From the IMG/VR virus record IMGVR_UViG_3300017913_000464, positions 1 through 39,136 of that record: 39,136 bases of DNA; one strand, given 5' to 3'. Of this stretch, positions 1-8,700 are shown piece after piece (position 1 is the first letter of the stretch; each line of letters starts with the position of its first letter). The notes beneath the pieces were generated by a model. That model was not told the origin of the DNA. It saw nothing but the letters and a program-made list of their open reading frames with translations, and did no database searches. This stretch comes from a virus. Taxonomy: Duplodnaviria; Caudoviricetes. The position numbers and the translations under genes are program-made.

Positions 1-1966
1 GGTTCGCAATCTCGGATGCGATGTGCGCCTCACGATACTCGGCTGTCCACTTGCGTATTACACTGACAGGTTTCTCGTGACCCGTCGACTTGATGCGCGT
101 ATAGATTTCAGTGTCGGAAAGAGGTGGACGAGTAACCCCGTCACGATCCACCCACGGCTTGCATAACAACATCGCGAGTTGCTTGGGTGTATGTTCGGAC
201 ACGACCTTGATGTTTTCTGTGTTCTCGTCTTCGGCAAAGCCAATGTAGTAGTACGGACAGTGCACATCTGTTTCTTCACGAACCTTCCCGTAACGAAGCT
301 CCAAGCAAACCTGCAAGCGTTCGTCGGTACGCAGCTTATTGCGGAGTGTTTCACGAGGTAGCCCCGCAAGATCACCGTCGTACAAACCTGCACGTGCATC
401 GGCTGTTTCTTTCTCGGAGTACACCTGTGTAACTTTGATCTGGGTTTCGATGGTGTTCAACTGCGCAGTGCTTCCCGCTTCACGCCCCAGACGACCACCT
501 TCACTTGGCTTGTTCGTATGGTGCACGAGTATGCAAGTGATACCGCTGTTACGTAACGACTGAGCCATCTCGTTTATGTTCGCCCAGTCATCCGCCGAGT
601 TTTCAAGTAAGCCAGTCCAAGCCGTACGTACTGTATCAACGACCACGATGTCTGGGTTGTTGAACTTGATCCAGTTCTCAAGGTTAGCAACACCCTCTTT
701 GGTCTTGAGGTTCATGTTGCGATCATCAATGAATGGTGCCCATATCATGAACCGATCCTTGGCATCGCCAAAGGATCGCTTACAACGAGATAAGAACTGA
801 GTAATGTTCGACTTGCTGTTTTCGAAGTCCAAGTACAAAACCTTTGGTGCTTTGTGGACATCGAACGGGCCGAACTTATCGGAACCACACGCAGCCGCGT
901 ATAGCATATGACGAGTGAACAACGACTTCCCGTGCCCTGAGTACCCATGCACCTGCATGATTGTACCCGACGTGGGAATGATCGGCTCCACGAAATACTC
1001 AACCTCACCTATCTCTTGCTCCAGACGATCAACGTCGTCAGTAGTAATAGGTTTGAAGTTCTGCGGTTCAGGCTTTGGTTCAGGCTTCTTTTCCGACACC
1101 TGCTCATTCTTCATAGCATGTGCTATGCAAGCCTGTATCTCCTGATCCCATGCCTTTTCATCTTTTCGATCAATGGAAACGTACAAGTCCATAAACTCTT
1201 GCATCAGTTCGTAGGTTTCAAATTCGTTTATGCCCTTCGAAACATAGTATCCAGCAAGAGATACTAGACGAGCATGTATATTGTCACCGCATTTGGGCAT
1301 CATCTTGCGGCCCAAGTTGCGTACATACTCTTCAGTGTCCTCGATCACATTGCGTTTTAATTCTATGTGCGCAAGCGACAAGTTCTCGAACTTAAAGTCT
1401 TCGAACGAAACAACGTTGGTTTTACGCTCTGCTGCTTCGGTTTTCTTTGAACCGTAGTCCTTTATCTGGTATACTGGTACATCGTCCCAATCACCTTGAA
1501 TGATCTGAGTATAGTTCGGGGTAGGCGGTACAAGCACAACGCCCTTGTGCGCCTTACGATCCAACCCTTTTACCGTTTCCTTTGGCCACTCGACACCGTC
1601 AGCATTAACCCACGTCAAAGTCTTTATGTGTTCGTCAGTATCAGGCCACTTAAAATAGAAGTGCTTTCCGCGCTTGGTTCTGACAACCCAAGGTGTGTTA
1701 GTCAGTCCCTTGCTTTCGGCGTAATCAAGTGCCTCTTGGTTGTCGCAGTCAACAACAAGGACACCCGACAGCTTGCCAGTTATTATGCCGACGTAACTGT
1801 CAGGGAATGCTTGCCACCACGAGATAACTTCGTCTTCAGTAGGGAAGCGACCCTCTTCATATATATCGCTCCATAATACTGCGGGACGTTTTTCGTCAGG
1901 CTTTATGGGTACAACCCACCAACCTTCATCCAGTAGTTCCAGTGCCCGATCTAGGTATTCTGTCAT
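1..1966 (-). CDS. Bifunctional primase-polymerase (Prim-Pol) fused to an AAA_25/RepA-like helicase; 3' end runs off the window
   Basis: Not in the ORF track because it has no stop in the window. Manual translation from ATG 1966 (GGAGA RBS) gives MTEYLDRALELLDEGWWVVPIKPDEKRP..VGIITGKLSGVLVVDCD..RTKRGKHFYF (Prim-Pol motifs), then Walker A GYSGHGKS, VLYLDFEN, Walker B IVVVDT and LVHHTNK..GREAGS. Frame stays open for ~655 codons. Confidence 0.9.
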   Translation of the reverse strand, partial: MTEYLDRALELLDEGWWVVPIKPDEKRPAVLWSDIYEEGRFPTEDEVISWWQAFPDSYVGIITGKLSGVLVVDCDNQEALDYAESKGLTNTPWVVRTKRGKHFYFKWPDTDEHIKTLTWVNADGVEWPKETVKGLDRKAHKGVVLVPPTPNYTQIIQGDWDDVPVYQIKDYGSKKTEAAERKTNVVSFEDFKFENLSLAHIELKRNVIEDTEEYVRNLGRKMMPKCGDNIHARLVSLAGYYVSKGINEFETYELMQEFMDLYVSIDRKDEKAWDQEIQACIAHAMKNEQVSEKKPEPKPEPQNFKPITTDDVDRLEQEIGEVEYFVEPIIPTSGTIMQVHGYSGHGKSLFTRHMLYAAACGSDKFGPFDVHKAPKVLYLDFENSKSNITQFLSRCKRSFGDAKDRFMIWAPFIDDRNMNLKTKEGVANLENWIKFNNPDIVVVDTVRTAWTGLLENSADDWANINEMAQSLRNSGITCILVHHTNKPSEGGRLGREAGSTAQLNTIETQIKVTQVYSEKETADARAGLYDGDLAGLPRETLRNKLRTDERLQVCLELRYGKVREETDVHCPYYYIGFAEDENTENIKVVSEHTPKQLAMLLCKPWVDRDGVTRPPLSDTEIYTRIKSTGHEKPVSVIRKWTAEYREAHIASEIAN

Positions 1967-2156
1967 GCTTGTCTCCCATGAAGTATGAATTGAGGTCTGT
2001 CGTTGGCCAGACTTCTTTGATGCGTGATAGGTAACTCGTCGACATTGCGCCTCTTCTGATCCATCCATACGGAACCGACCGACCTATATCTAAAGCATCG
2101 GTAACTGTTCGCGCACCCCCGAGATCGTTTATTAATCTTTCGACGTCAAAATTCAT
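1926..2156 (-). CDS. Small Cro-like helix-turn-helix DNA-binding protein (76 aa)
   Basis: Start re-called to MNFDVERL at ATG 2156 (AGAGG RBS). LINDLGGARTVTDALDIGRSVPYGWIRRG matches the Cro-type 'GG..vA..l.i....V..W..RG' pattern. Lies directly upstream of the primase gene. Confidence 0.75.
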   Translation of the reverse strand: MNFDVERLINDLGGARTVTDALDIGRSVPYGWIRRGAMSTSYLSRIKEVWPTTDLNSYFMGDKHDRIPRSGTGTTG

Positions 2157-2241
2157 GTAAGTTTTCCTCTTGCATATTATTTGCGTATACGCTACACACA
2201 ACTTCAAGACAACCCTCAAAATCAAAGGACACACATCACAC
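2157..2241. promoter_or_regulatory. Divergent control region with the palindrome GCGTATACGC (2183-2192)
   Basis: 85-bp gap between divergent starts (2156 minus, 2242 plus). Contains a perfect 10-bp palindrome and a leftward TTGTGT-N16-TAATAT sigma70-like arrangement. Confidence 0.5.
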
Positions 2242-2655
2242 ATGGAGATATTTTTCGGCGACACCGCCATCCCCGTGAACGACACAGCCAATGAAAGGCT
2301 GAAAGAAAACCTCACAAAGTATGCTGAAGCTGAAGCAAAACTTAATCACTTAAAGGATACAGTCGCGTACCTGAAAGAGATTATTGTTTCCGACTTGCCA
2401 GAAGAGCCAGGCGAACATGTTCTGGAACTTGAAGACGGGCGTACTGCTGAGATCAAGATACCCGAAAAGTGGAGCTGGGATAAGAAGCAGCTCGCAGAAA
2501 TTTACGGCGGCGGGGCCATTACACCTGATTGCGTAACGACATCGTTCGGCGTGAACAGAAAGAAGTACGAAGCGTCTGACGAAACAGTTCGTTCCGCTTT
2601 GGCAAATGCTCTCACTATCGAGTGCGGAACTCCAACTATCAAGGTAAGCACATGA
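2242..2655 (+). CDS. Hypothetical phage protein with N-terminal coiled coil, first gene of the recombination cassette
   Basis: Start re-called to MEIFFGD (AAAGGA upstream). ATGA overlap with the next gene; heptad-like segment LTKYAEAEAKLNHLKDTVAYLKE. Confidence 0.7.
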   Translation: MEIFFGDTAIPVNDTANERLKENLTKYAEAEAKLNHLKDTVAYLKEIIVSDLPEEPGEHVLELEDGRTAEIKIPEKWSWDKKQLAEIYGGGAITPDCVTTSFGVNRKKYEASDETVRSALANALTIECGTPTIKVST

Positions 2656-3437
2656 ACATTACACCACTCAACACCAAAGACGGTTCGATAGAACAGGCTT
2701 TGAAGACCCTATGCTATGGCTATCATGGTGCGGGTAAGACAACCCAAGCTGCGTACTATGCCGACGCATACGGTAAGGGACTAATCATCAGCGGCGAAAG
2801 CGGATTGGCATCGGTTGCTGATAAGGACATTGATTACATTCCGTTCTCGACCTTTGATCGCCCTGCAAAAGAAGGCGAGTATTCGTTCAAGGACATCGTG
2901 GGCTTTGTTCAAAGCCCTGCCTTCAAAGAGCGCGGATACAAATGGGTATGCCTTGATAGCGCAACCGAACTATCACAGCGTTGCTTTGCTGACGTGGAAG
3001 CCGAGACTGCCAACAGCAATAACAACTTTGAAAAGTGGGGCATCTATGAGCGTAAGATCATGGCTGCGTTCAAATGGATACGAGACTTGCCAGTACACGT
3101 TTTGATCACGGCGCTTGCTGCCGAAGAGACAGACGATAATGGCAAGGTAAACTTCTGGCCGATGATGGTGCAGAAGAAGGTGCAGAAATTAGCACCTGCG
3201 TTGTACGACAATGTGTTCTGCCTAGTTCGTCAGACATCTGACAACGATGGCAAGCTAGACGTCGTACGTTACGTTGTCACAGATCAAGTGAAGGGATGGC
3301 ACGGAAAGTCTCGTGATCCGTACCGTCGTTTATCGCCGCTCGAAAACACTGACAACATTACCACGCTGCTCAAGAAAATTTCTATGAGCGAAGAGGCGTA
3401 CAAGAAATCACTGCAAGAGGGACCAACAAATGTTTAA
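2652..3437 (+). CDS. AAA_24 family ATPase, Sak4-like single-strand annealing recombinase
   Basis: Walker A YGYHGAGKT, Walker B VCLDS, C-terminal GKSR motif. Immediately followed by an SSB gene, the known sak4-ssb arrangement. Confidence 0.85.
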   Translation: MNITPLNTKDGSIEQALKTLCYGYHGAGKTTQAAYYADAYGKGLIISGESGLASVADKDIDYIPFSTFDRPAKEGEYSFKDIVGFVQSPAFKERGYKWVCLDSATELSQRCFADVEAETANSNNNFEKWGIYERKIMAAFKWIRDLPVHVLITALAAEETDDNGKVNFWPMMVQKKVQKLAPALYDNVFCLVRQTSDNDGKLDVVRYVVTDQVKGWHGKSRDPYRRLSPLENTDNITTLLKKISMSEEAYKKSLQEGPTNV

Positions 3438-3867
3438 TGGCTTTGGAAACATCAAACTTCCAGAAATCGACGACGCTCCAAAACTGTTGGAAGTCGGAGA
3501 TCACATCGTCACAATCACCGAAGCAAAGGTGGCAGCCGACGCTGCTCGTGGCACACACCAACTCGAACTCAGCTACGAGAACGATAATGGTAAAATTCGT
3601 AACTGGTTGTACATCAATCACCCCACGTCAGAAAAAGCGACGGAGAACGGTCTGCGCCAGATCAAGCGACTGCTGATTGCTCTAGGTCATGAGGGTGACG
3701 TAACACCAGAAGACGTGGCGTACTTTCGTGGCAAGAAGGTCGGCATCAATGTTTACGACGACATGTACACTGGTACGGCAAAGCGTCGTGTGAAGTATCA
3801 CTTCAATCCTGCGGAGAAAGCATCGACGCAGACTGACACGAAACTTAACGACGACATTCCGTTCTAG
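3430..3867 (+). CDS. Single-stranded DNA-binding protein (DUF669-like)
   Basis: 145 aa; G.H.V.I.EAK N-terminal pattern; acidic C-terminal tail LNDDIPF; adjacent to the AAA_24 gene. Confidence 0.8.
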   Translation: MFNGFGNIKLPEIDDAPKLLEVGDHIVTITEAKVAADAARGTHQLELSYENDNGKIRNWLYINHPTSEKATENGLRQIKRLLIALGHEGDVTPEDVAYFRGKKVGINVYDDMYTGTAKRRVKYHFNPAEKASTQTDTKLNDDIPF

Positions 3868-3876
3868 GAGATAGGC

Positions 3877-4164
3877 ATGAAAGATAATGCATTAGAAATA
3901 CGTGGATTGGTTGGTCGCTTTGGCGTTATGCATAGCGACACAGGTGACGCGATTTACCAGTTTGTTATACTTGAAGAAACGGATGATATAATGACCGTTC
4001 GCTTCTTTAGTTGGGTAGATGGTCAGCCGACCGATTACGGCCTTATAAGTAAGAGTGACTTGCTTACTAAAAGCGGCAATCAGTATGGTCGCTTCTTCCT
4101 CACAGAAGACGAGCTGCGGGATTACATGAGTAAGCGCGATCCAAAAGCTGTGACTGCGAACTAA
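3877..4164 (+). CDS. Hypothetical protein (95 aa)
   Basis: Strong AGGAG RBS; packed tightly between co-oriented genes. Confidence 0.7.
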   Translation: MKDNALEIRGLVGRFGVMHSDTGDAIYQFVILEETDDIMTVRFFSWVDGQPTDYGLISKSDLLTKSGNQYGRFFLTEDELRDYMSKRDPKAVTAN

Positions 4165-4166
4165 CA

Positions 4167-4997
4167 ATGCATCCAGTACACCCGAAGGTAACAGAAGTTC
4201 TTGACGCTATTAATGATGGCTACAAGAACGAACCCAAGCAAGAAGCGCGTCAGTACATTGGTGCCAGTATGGCAGGTACTGATTGCATTGCGCAAATGGC
4301 ACTGTCCCTTCGGGGGTTTCCTGACACGTCTGTTGATCCGCAACTGAAACGAATTTTCTTTGCGGGTCACAAGATCGAAGACTGGGTCGTCGCTGATCTA
4401 AAGAAACGCGCGAACTTACGCGTGTGGGAAAAGGACGACATGTCGGGTAGGCAGCACAGACGAGAATGGTTGCAAGGCCATGTCGTTTGTAACGCTGATG
4501 GGATCGTTGATTTCGAAGATGGTACGGGCCGTGCCATACTTGAGGTTAAGTCGATGAACGACAACAACTTCAAGAACTTCGTACGCAACGGAGTGAAGAG
4601 TTCACATCGCAAGTACTATCGTCAAATGACGATGATGATGGCGATGTTCGGGATCGAGAACGCCTTTTTTATATCGTACAACAAGAACACATCTGAATAT
4701 CACGCTGAACTTGTACCATTCGATCAAGAAGAATGGGATTTAATGTACGTAAAAATTCAGGCGGCACTCGATGGACAGGCGGGGCGGGTAGCTTCCGAAC
4801 CGCAAGATTGGCGATGCAAGTCGTGCTTCAAGCGGGAAAGCTGTTGGAGCCACGAAGCAGACGTTCGCCCTGCCTGTCACTTTTGCAAACACTCGTACGC
4901 AAATAAACATGGAAGCTGGTCGTGCAACCTGACAGGCGAAGAAGCAAGTAAGACCTGTGCAAAGTACGAACAGTTCCGACCAACACCGAAGGTTTAA
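4167..4997 (+). CDS. Cas4-like PD-(D/E)xK exonuclease with Cys clusters
   Basis: YIGAS..G.DC; GH..E; ADG...ILEVKS; Y..Q motif; C-terminal CKSC..RESC plus CHFC..WSC..TC. Confidence 0.85.
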   Translation: MHPVHPKVTEVLDAINDGYKNEPKQEARQYIGASMAGTDCIAQMALSLRGFPDTSVDPQLKRIFFAGHKIEDWVVADLKKRANLRVWEKDDMSGRQHRREWLQGHVVCNADGIVDFEDGTGRAILEVKSMNDNNFKNFVRNGVKSSHRKYYRQMTMMMAMFGIENAFFISYNKNTSEYHAELVPFDQEEWDLMYVKIQAALDGQAGRVASEPQDWRCKSCFKRESCWSHEADVRPACHFCKHSYANKHGSWSCNLTGEEASKTCAKYEQFRPTPKV

Positions 4998-4998
4998 G

Positions 4999-5253
4999 AT
5001 GGGCATACTATTAGAGCAACAACCCACAGAAATTTCACTGGACCAACTGGCCGAGGTGCGCAAGCAAATCATCCGTAAAGAAGGTGAAATAGAAAGTGTG
5101 GCCGAAAGGCTAGAAGATATTACTGACCTTAATGGCGACGATGCGCACAAAGCGCGTACCAAGTTGCGCCATGAGCGTCAGCGTTTACTTGATCTGAAAT
5201 GCAGACAAGTAGAACTTGAAGTACAACTCGCATGGAATGGGATACGCGTATGA
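4999..5253 (+). CDS. Hypothetical coiled-coil protein (84 aa)
   Basis: Start re-called to MGILLEQ, 1 bp after the previous stop; charged heptad pattern; ATGA overlap with the next gene. Confidence 0.7.
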   Translation: MGILLEQQPTEISLDQLAEVRKQIIRKEGEIESVAERLEDITDLNGDDAHKARTKLRHERQRLLDLKCRQVELEVQLAWNGIRV

Positions 5254-5570
5254 GCTTACCCCGTACCGACGTACTGCTAGAAGCTATTCAGCTTATCAAC
5301 GAGGATCGCAACGTAGATTACGGCGATCCTTACGATAACTTTAAGGACATAGCAGACATGCTAAACGTACTGCTCAAACCCATTCTAAAGGATGGGACGA
5401 GTGTTCAATGTCACCATGTTACAATGATCATGATAGCAGTGAAGCTATCACGAATGACAACAAGCCCATTCAAGCGCGATAGCTGGGTTGATATAGCTGG
5501 GTATATCGGTGCTGGGTGGGAAGCCACAGCAACGGAGAACCAGTCCCATGACGTTCAAGAACTCGGTTGA
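5250..5570 (+). CDS. DUF6378-like protein (putative nucleotide pyrophosphohydrolase-related)
   Basis: Recognisable pattern L.EA..LI..DR..DYG.P..NF..IA ... M...KLSR ... DSWVDIAGY. Confidence 0.8.
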   Translation: MSLPRTDVLLEAIQLINEDRNVDYGDPYDNFKDIADMLNVLLKPILKDGTSVQCHHVTMIMIAVKLSRMTTSPFKRDSWVDIAGYIGAGWEATATENQSHDVQELG

Positions 5571-5724
5571 AGCATCTCTTAGCCTAATCTATGAGGCGGC
5601 TAAGAACGTGAATGATCAGCAGTCGAAAGCGTTACTAGCTCGGGCAGTCTTGCACCTGAAGGAACAACAGCATCGTTTTGATGAAGTTCCCGCAGAAGTA
5701 CAAGACGCCCGACCTTTCGATTAA
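5548..5724 (+). CDS. Small hypothetical protein (58 aa)
   Basis: MTFKNSVEASL start with GGAG RBS. Its stop overlaps (TTAA) the convergent stop of the 2997-aa gene. Confidence 0.55.
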   Translation: MTFKNSVEASLSLIYEAAKNVNDQQSKALLARAVLHLKEQQHRFDEVPAEVQDARPFD

Positions 5725-8700
5725 TCGCCTTGCTCGCCAGCGATACTGTCCACTAGGTACTCTCTTGGCGCAGCAACTTGACCGCCTGGAAGGCGTTTAA
5801 TGACCGTGCGTACGGCGGCACGGGCCTTACCATTCGGACCCTCACCCATAATCGCATTGTCCACAGCCGATACACCACCAGCAAGAACTGTATGAGCATC
5901 CGTCACAACACCGAGCGATGGGCCTAGTAGTAGTGACAATGTTCTGTTCTGACCGTACGCGCCGTTGTCCAACTGCTCAACACTGTCGTACAACATCGAA
6001 CCAATCAGACCCAAGCCACCCATTTGCAGCAGACCATCACGATACCAACCTGCGTACAACGCAATGTCTTCGTTGTCTGTTAGACCGTAATCTTTCAAGA
6101 ACTCCATCGAACGCTCGCGTACTGCGAACTCACGATTGTCCTCGCCACCACGGCCCTGAACAACGTCACGTGTTGCCGTGATACCAGCACCAAGGACTGG
6201 CGCACCTGCGAAGTAGAACAGTGGCATAAAGTTACCATGCCCTGCTTCACGATACACCTCGTACCCCAAACGAGACATCATCAGTGGGAACGATTTAAGT
6301 TGGAACACGACCTGACCAATCGGCGTTTGTGCCCACAATGGAAGGTCATTCGGGTTCGGCGTAAAGATCGTCTGGTTTGTGAACTTATGTAGTGCACCCG
6401 CAACCTCGAAGTATCTTGGGTGCAAGTTCGCAGAACCGCCAGTTTTCATCACCATCTCGATGTTCAACGTCGGGTCTTTGTAGAAGTCAGTCAAACCGTA
6501 CTCGTCAAGAACACGCCGTGCCGTACGACCAGCCTTTGTGTTTGGCTTACGGATTGCAAGTTCTTGCGAAGCCTTGAACCACTCATAACCAGACGCTGCC
6601 GAAATATCACGCATGACATTGGTCCAGTCAGTCAGACCAATCGTGGTAAAGAAGCCAGCCGAGAAGCGTGTACTATCCATACCGAACGCACGTGACATAC
6701 GCTCTTGCACGATGTTCTGTGTTGATGCTCCGATGTTACGTATCATTTCACGATACTCAGCACCCGCTTCAGTGTCCGCAGCGAACTTCTTCCATGTGTC
6801 GACTGACGAACGAAGGCTGCCACTCTTGATCACTGGCAACATAAAGTCACCCAATGATGCGAGCGTTGTGAACGGTAGAAGCGTAACACTGTTGAAGGTA
6901 CGCAACGCACTAGAAACACCAGTTAGACTTTCGTTAAAGCCCCCAGGATTGTGTACTGGTTTACGTACGGTTGCACGGTACAGCATATCCGCCTGATCAA
7001 CCATGTGCGGTTCGGGTAGGAATGCCAAACCGTCTGTATCAACGATCGCACGAGCGATTGCCGCAGCGCGGAAACGGAAGTTCTCACGCATCTTCTGCGA
7101 GTTCGGTGTTTGATTACCTTCAGGCATCATCGCCATGATCGCATCTATGATGTCATCTTCTGTCGCACCATCGTGCGCCATCTTCGCAAGTTCTTTTGCT
7201 TTGTCATCTGCGATCTTCTTGCCAACCGAACCGCCACGTTGGATCGGAGCATGGAACACAGCCCGCTTAAATTCAGCAGCAGCCGCATCAATCGAAAGCT
7301 CGTCTTCCGTATTCGACGGGTCGTAATGGAACTTGTAATCACGACGAAGGACTTTATTTGAACGCAGCAGTTTAGATACAGCGTCGACACCACCGCTCAT
7401 GATCGCGATGTAATCGTAGTACCCAAAGCCGCCAACACCAAACTGCTCTGCGATGTCGATACGTTGCTCAACGCTGTCAGAATACTTAGCGGCAATGACC
7501 ATCAAGTCATTTTCTAGGTACTTTGTCAGGTTGCGTGATGGGTTACGCGGGTCAGTGAACTGCTTCGCGAAGTCAGCATCCAAGCGGATCATACGAGCGA
7601 AGTCGATGTGGTCCGTGTTGCGCTCTTTACTAATCGCAAACGCAGATGGATCACCGACATACGTACCTTCCTCATGGATCAACTTGTTCGCAACGCCTTC
7701 TGCCTTACGAATAGCGTCTTCTGCGGGTAGTGATGCACCACGAGAGGCGTGTTCGGCAGTGAAATATTCTGCCAACAAGCTCACAAAGTTCTCGCGATCC
7801 GTCTCGATCAAGTCGCTACGCCAGATTTGCGGTACGTAGTTACGAGCGATGTTACCCACGTCGTAACCAGCAGCAATCAAACGATCACGAGCTGCGTTAA
7901 AGTACTTACGAATGTGGTCGTAAATCTCACGTTGTTGCGAGTTAAGCAGTTGCACTTTATCCTCGTTCCGCAGAGCGTTAAGGATTTCCAAGTGCTCCAT
8001 TACTGGCGCTTTGCGCAACGGGGCAGGGATACGCAACAAGCCAGCGATGCTTTCACCTAAACCTGTGTTATGTGCGTACAACATTTCACCAAGACCATTA
8101 CGGAAGTAACGTTTAATACCACCATCACTTTGTGGCATCTTCTGGATCATACGCTGCAATGGGCCGATGAACGCGCCAGTACGTACGGCATAACGCTCGA
8201 AGTGTCCTGCTCCGCCGTCACTTGGTTCGAAGAAATTACCAAGAGATTTCATGCCAGCCTTAACCAAACGCTGCGCATTCGTACGAGATAGACCCCACTT
8301 AGCAACCTTGCGTAGCTCACGGCCTTCCTTCGGGGTAATATTCTTACCTTTTTTGATCTTGCTGAGTACGTTTGTTACTTTAGAAGGCATACCCGCAGTC
8401 TCGAACGCTGATATAACCTCGTCAAACGCCTGATCACCAGCATCATTCTCTGTGATCATGCTGTTCACAACGTGTGGGATTGCATCCGCTGGGAAGTTTT
8501 CGCCGACCATCATATCTGGTTCGTCGAATGTGTCCGCACGTAGATCACGTACGCTTGCATCGTTGAGCATCATCTTGTGCCCGTTGACGTTCAAGCTACT
8601 ATATCCTGCGTTACGTACCGCCTGCATTAGCTTCTCACGACTGCCTGCTGCTTGCTCAAGAACTTCGAACATTTCAAGAGGCTTGTGCTTACGACGGTTC

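Noticed and set aside
58-1876. Short ORF-track calls in 58-1876 on both strands
   Set aside because: All overlap the continuous primase-helicase frame (1-1966, minus).
3892-4167. 91-aa minus-strand ORF opposite 3877-4164
   Set aside because: The plus-strand ORF has a strong RBS and fits the operon direction.
4167-4997. Cas4-like gene as evidence of a CRISPR-Cas system
   Set aside because: No repeat-spacer array or other cas genes; solo Cas4-like nucleases are common in phage recombination modules.
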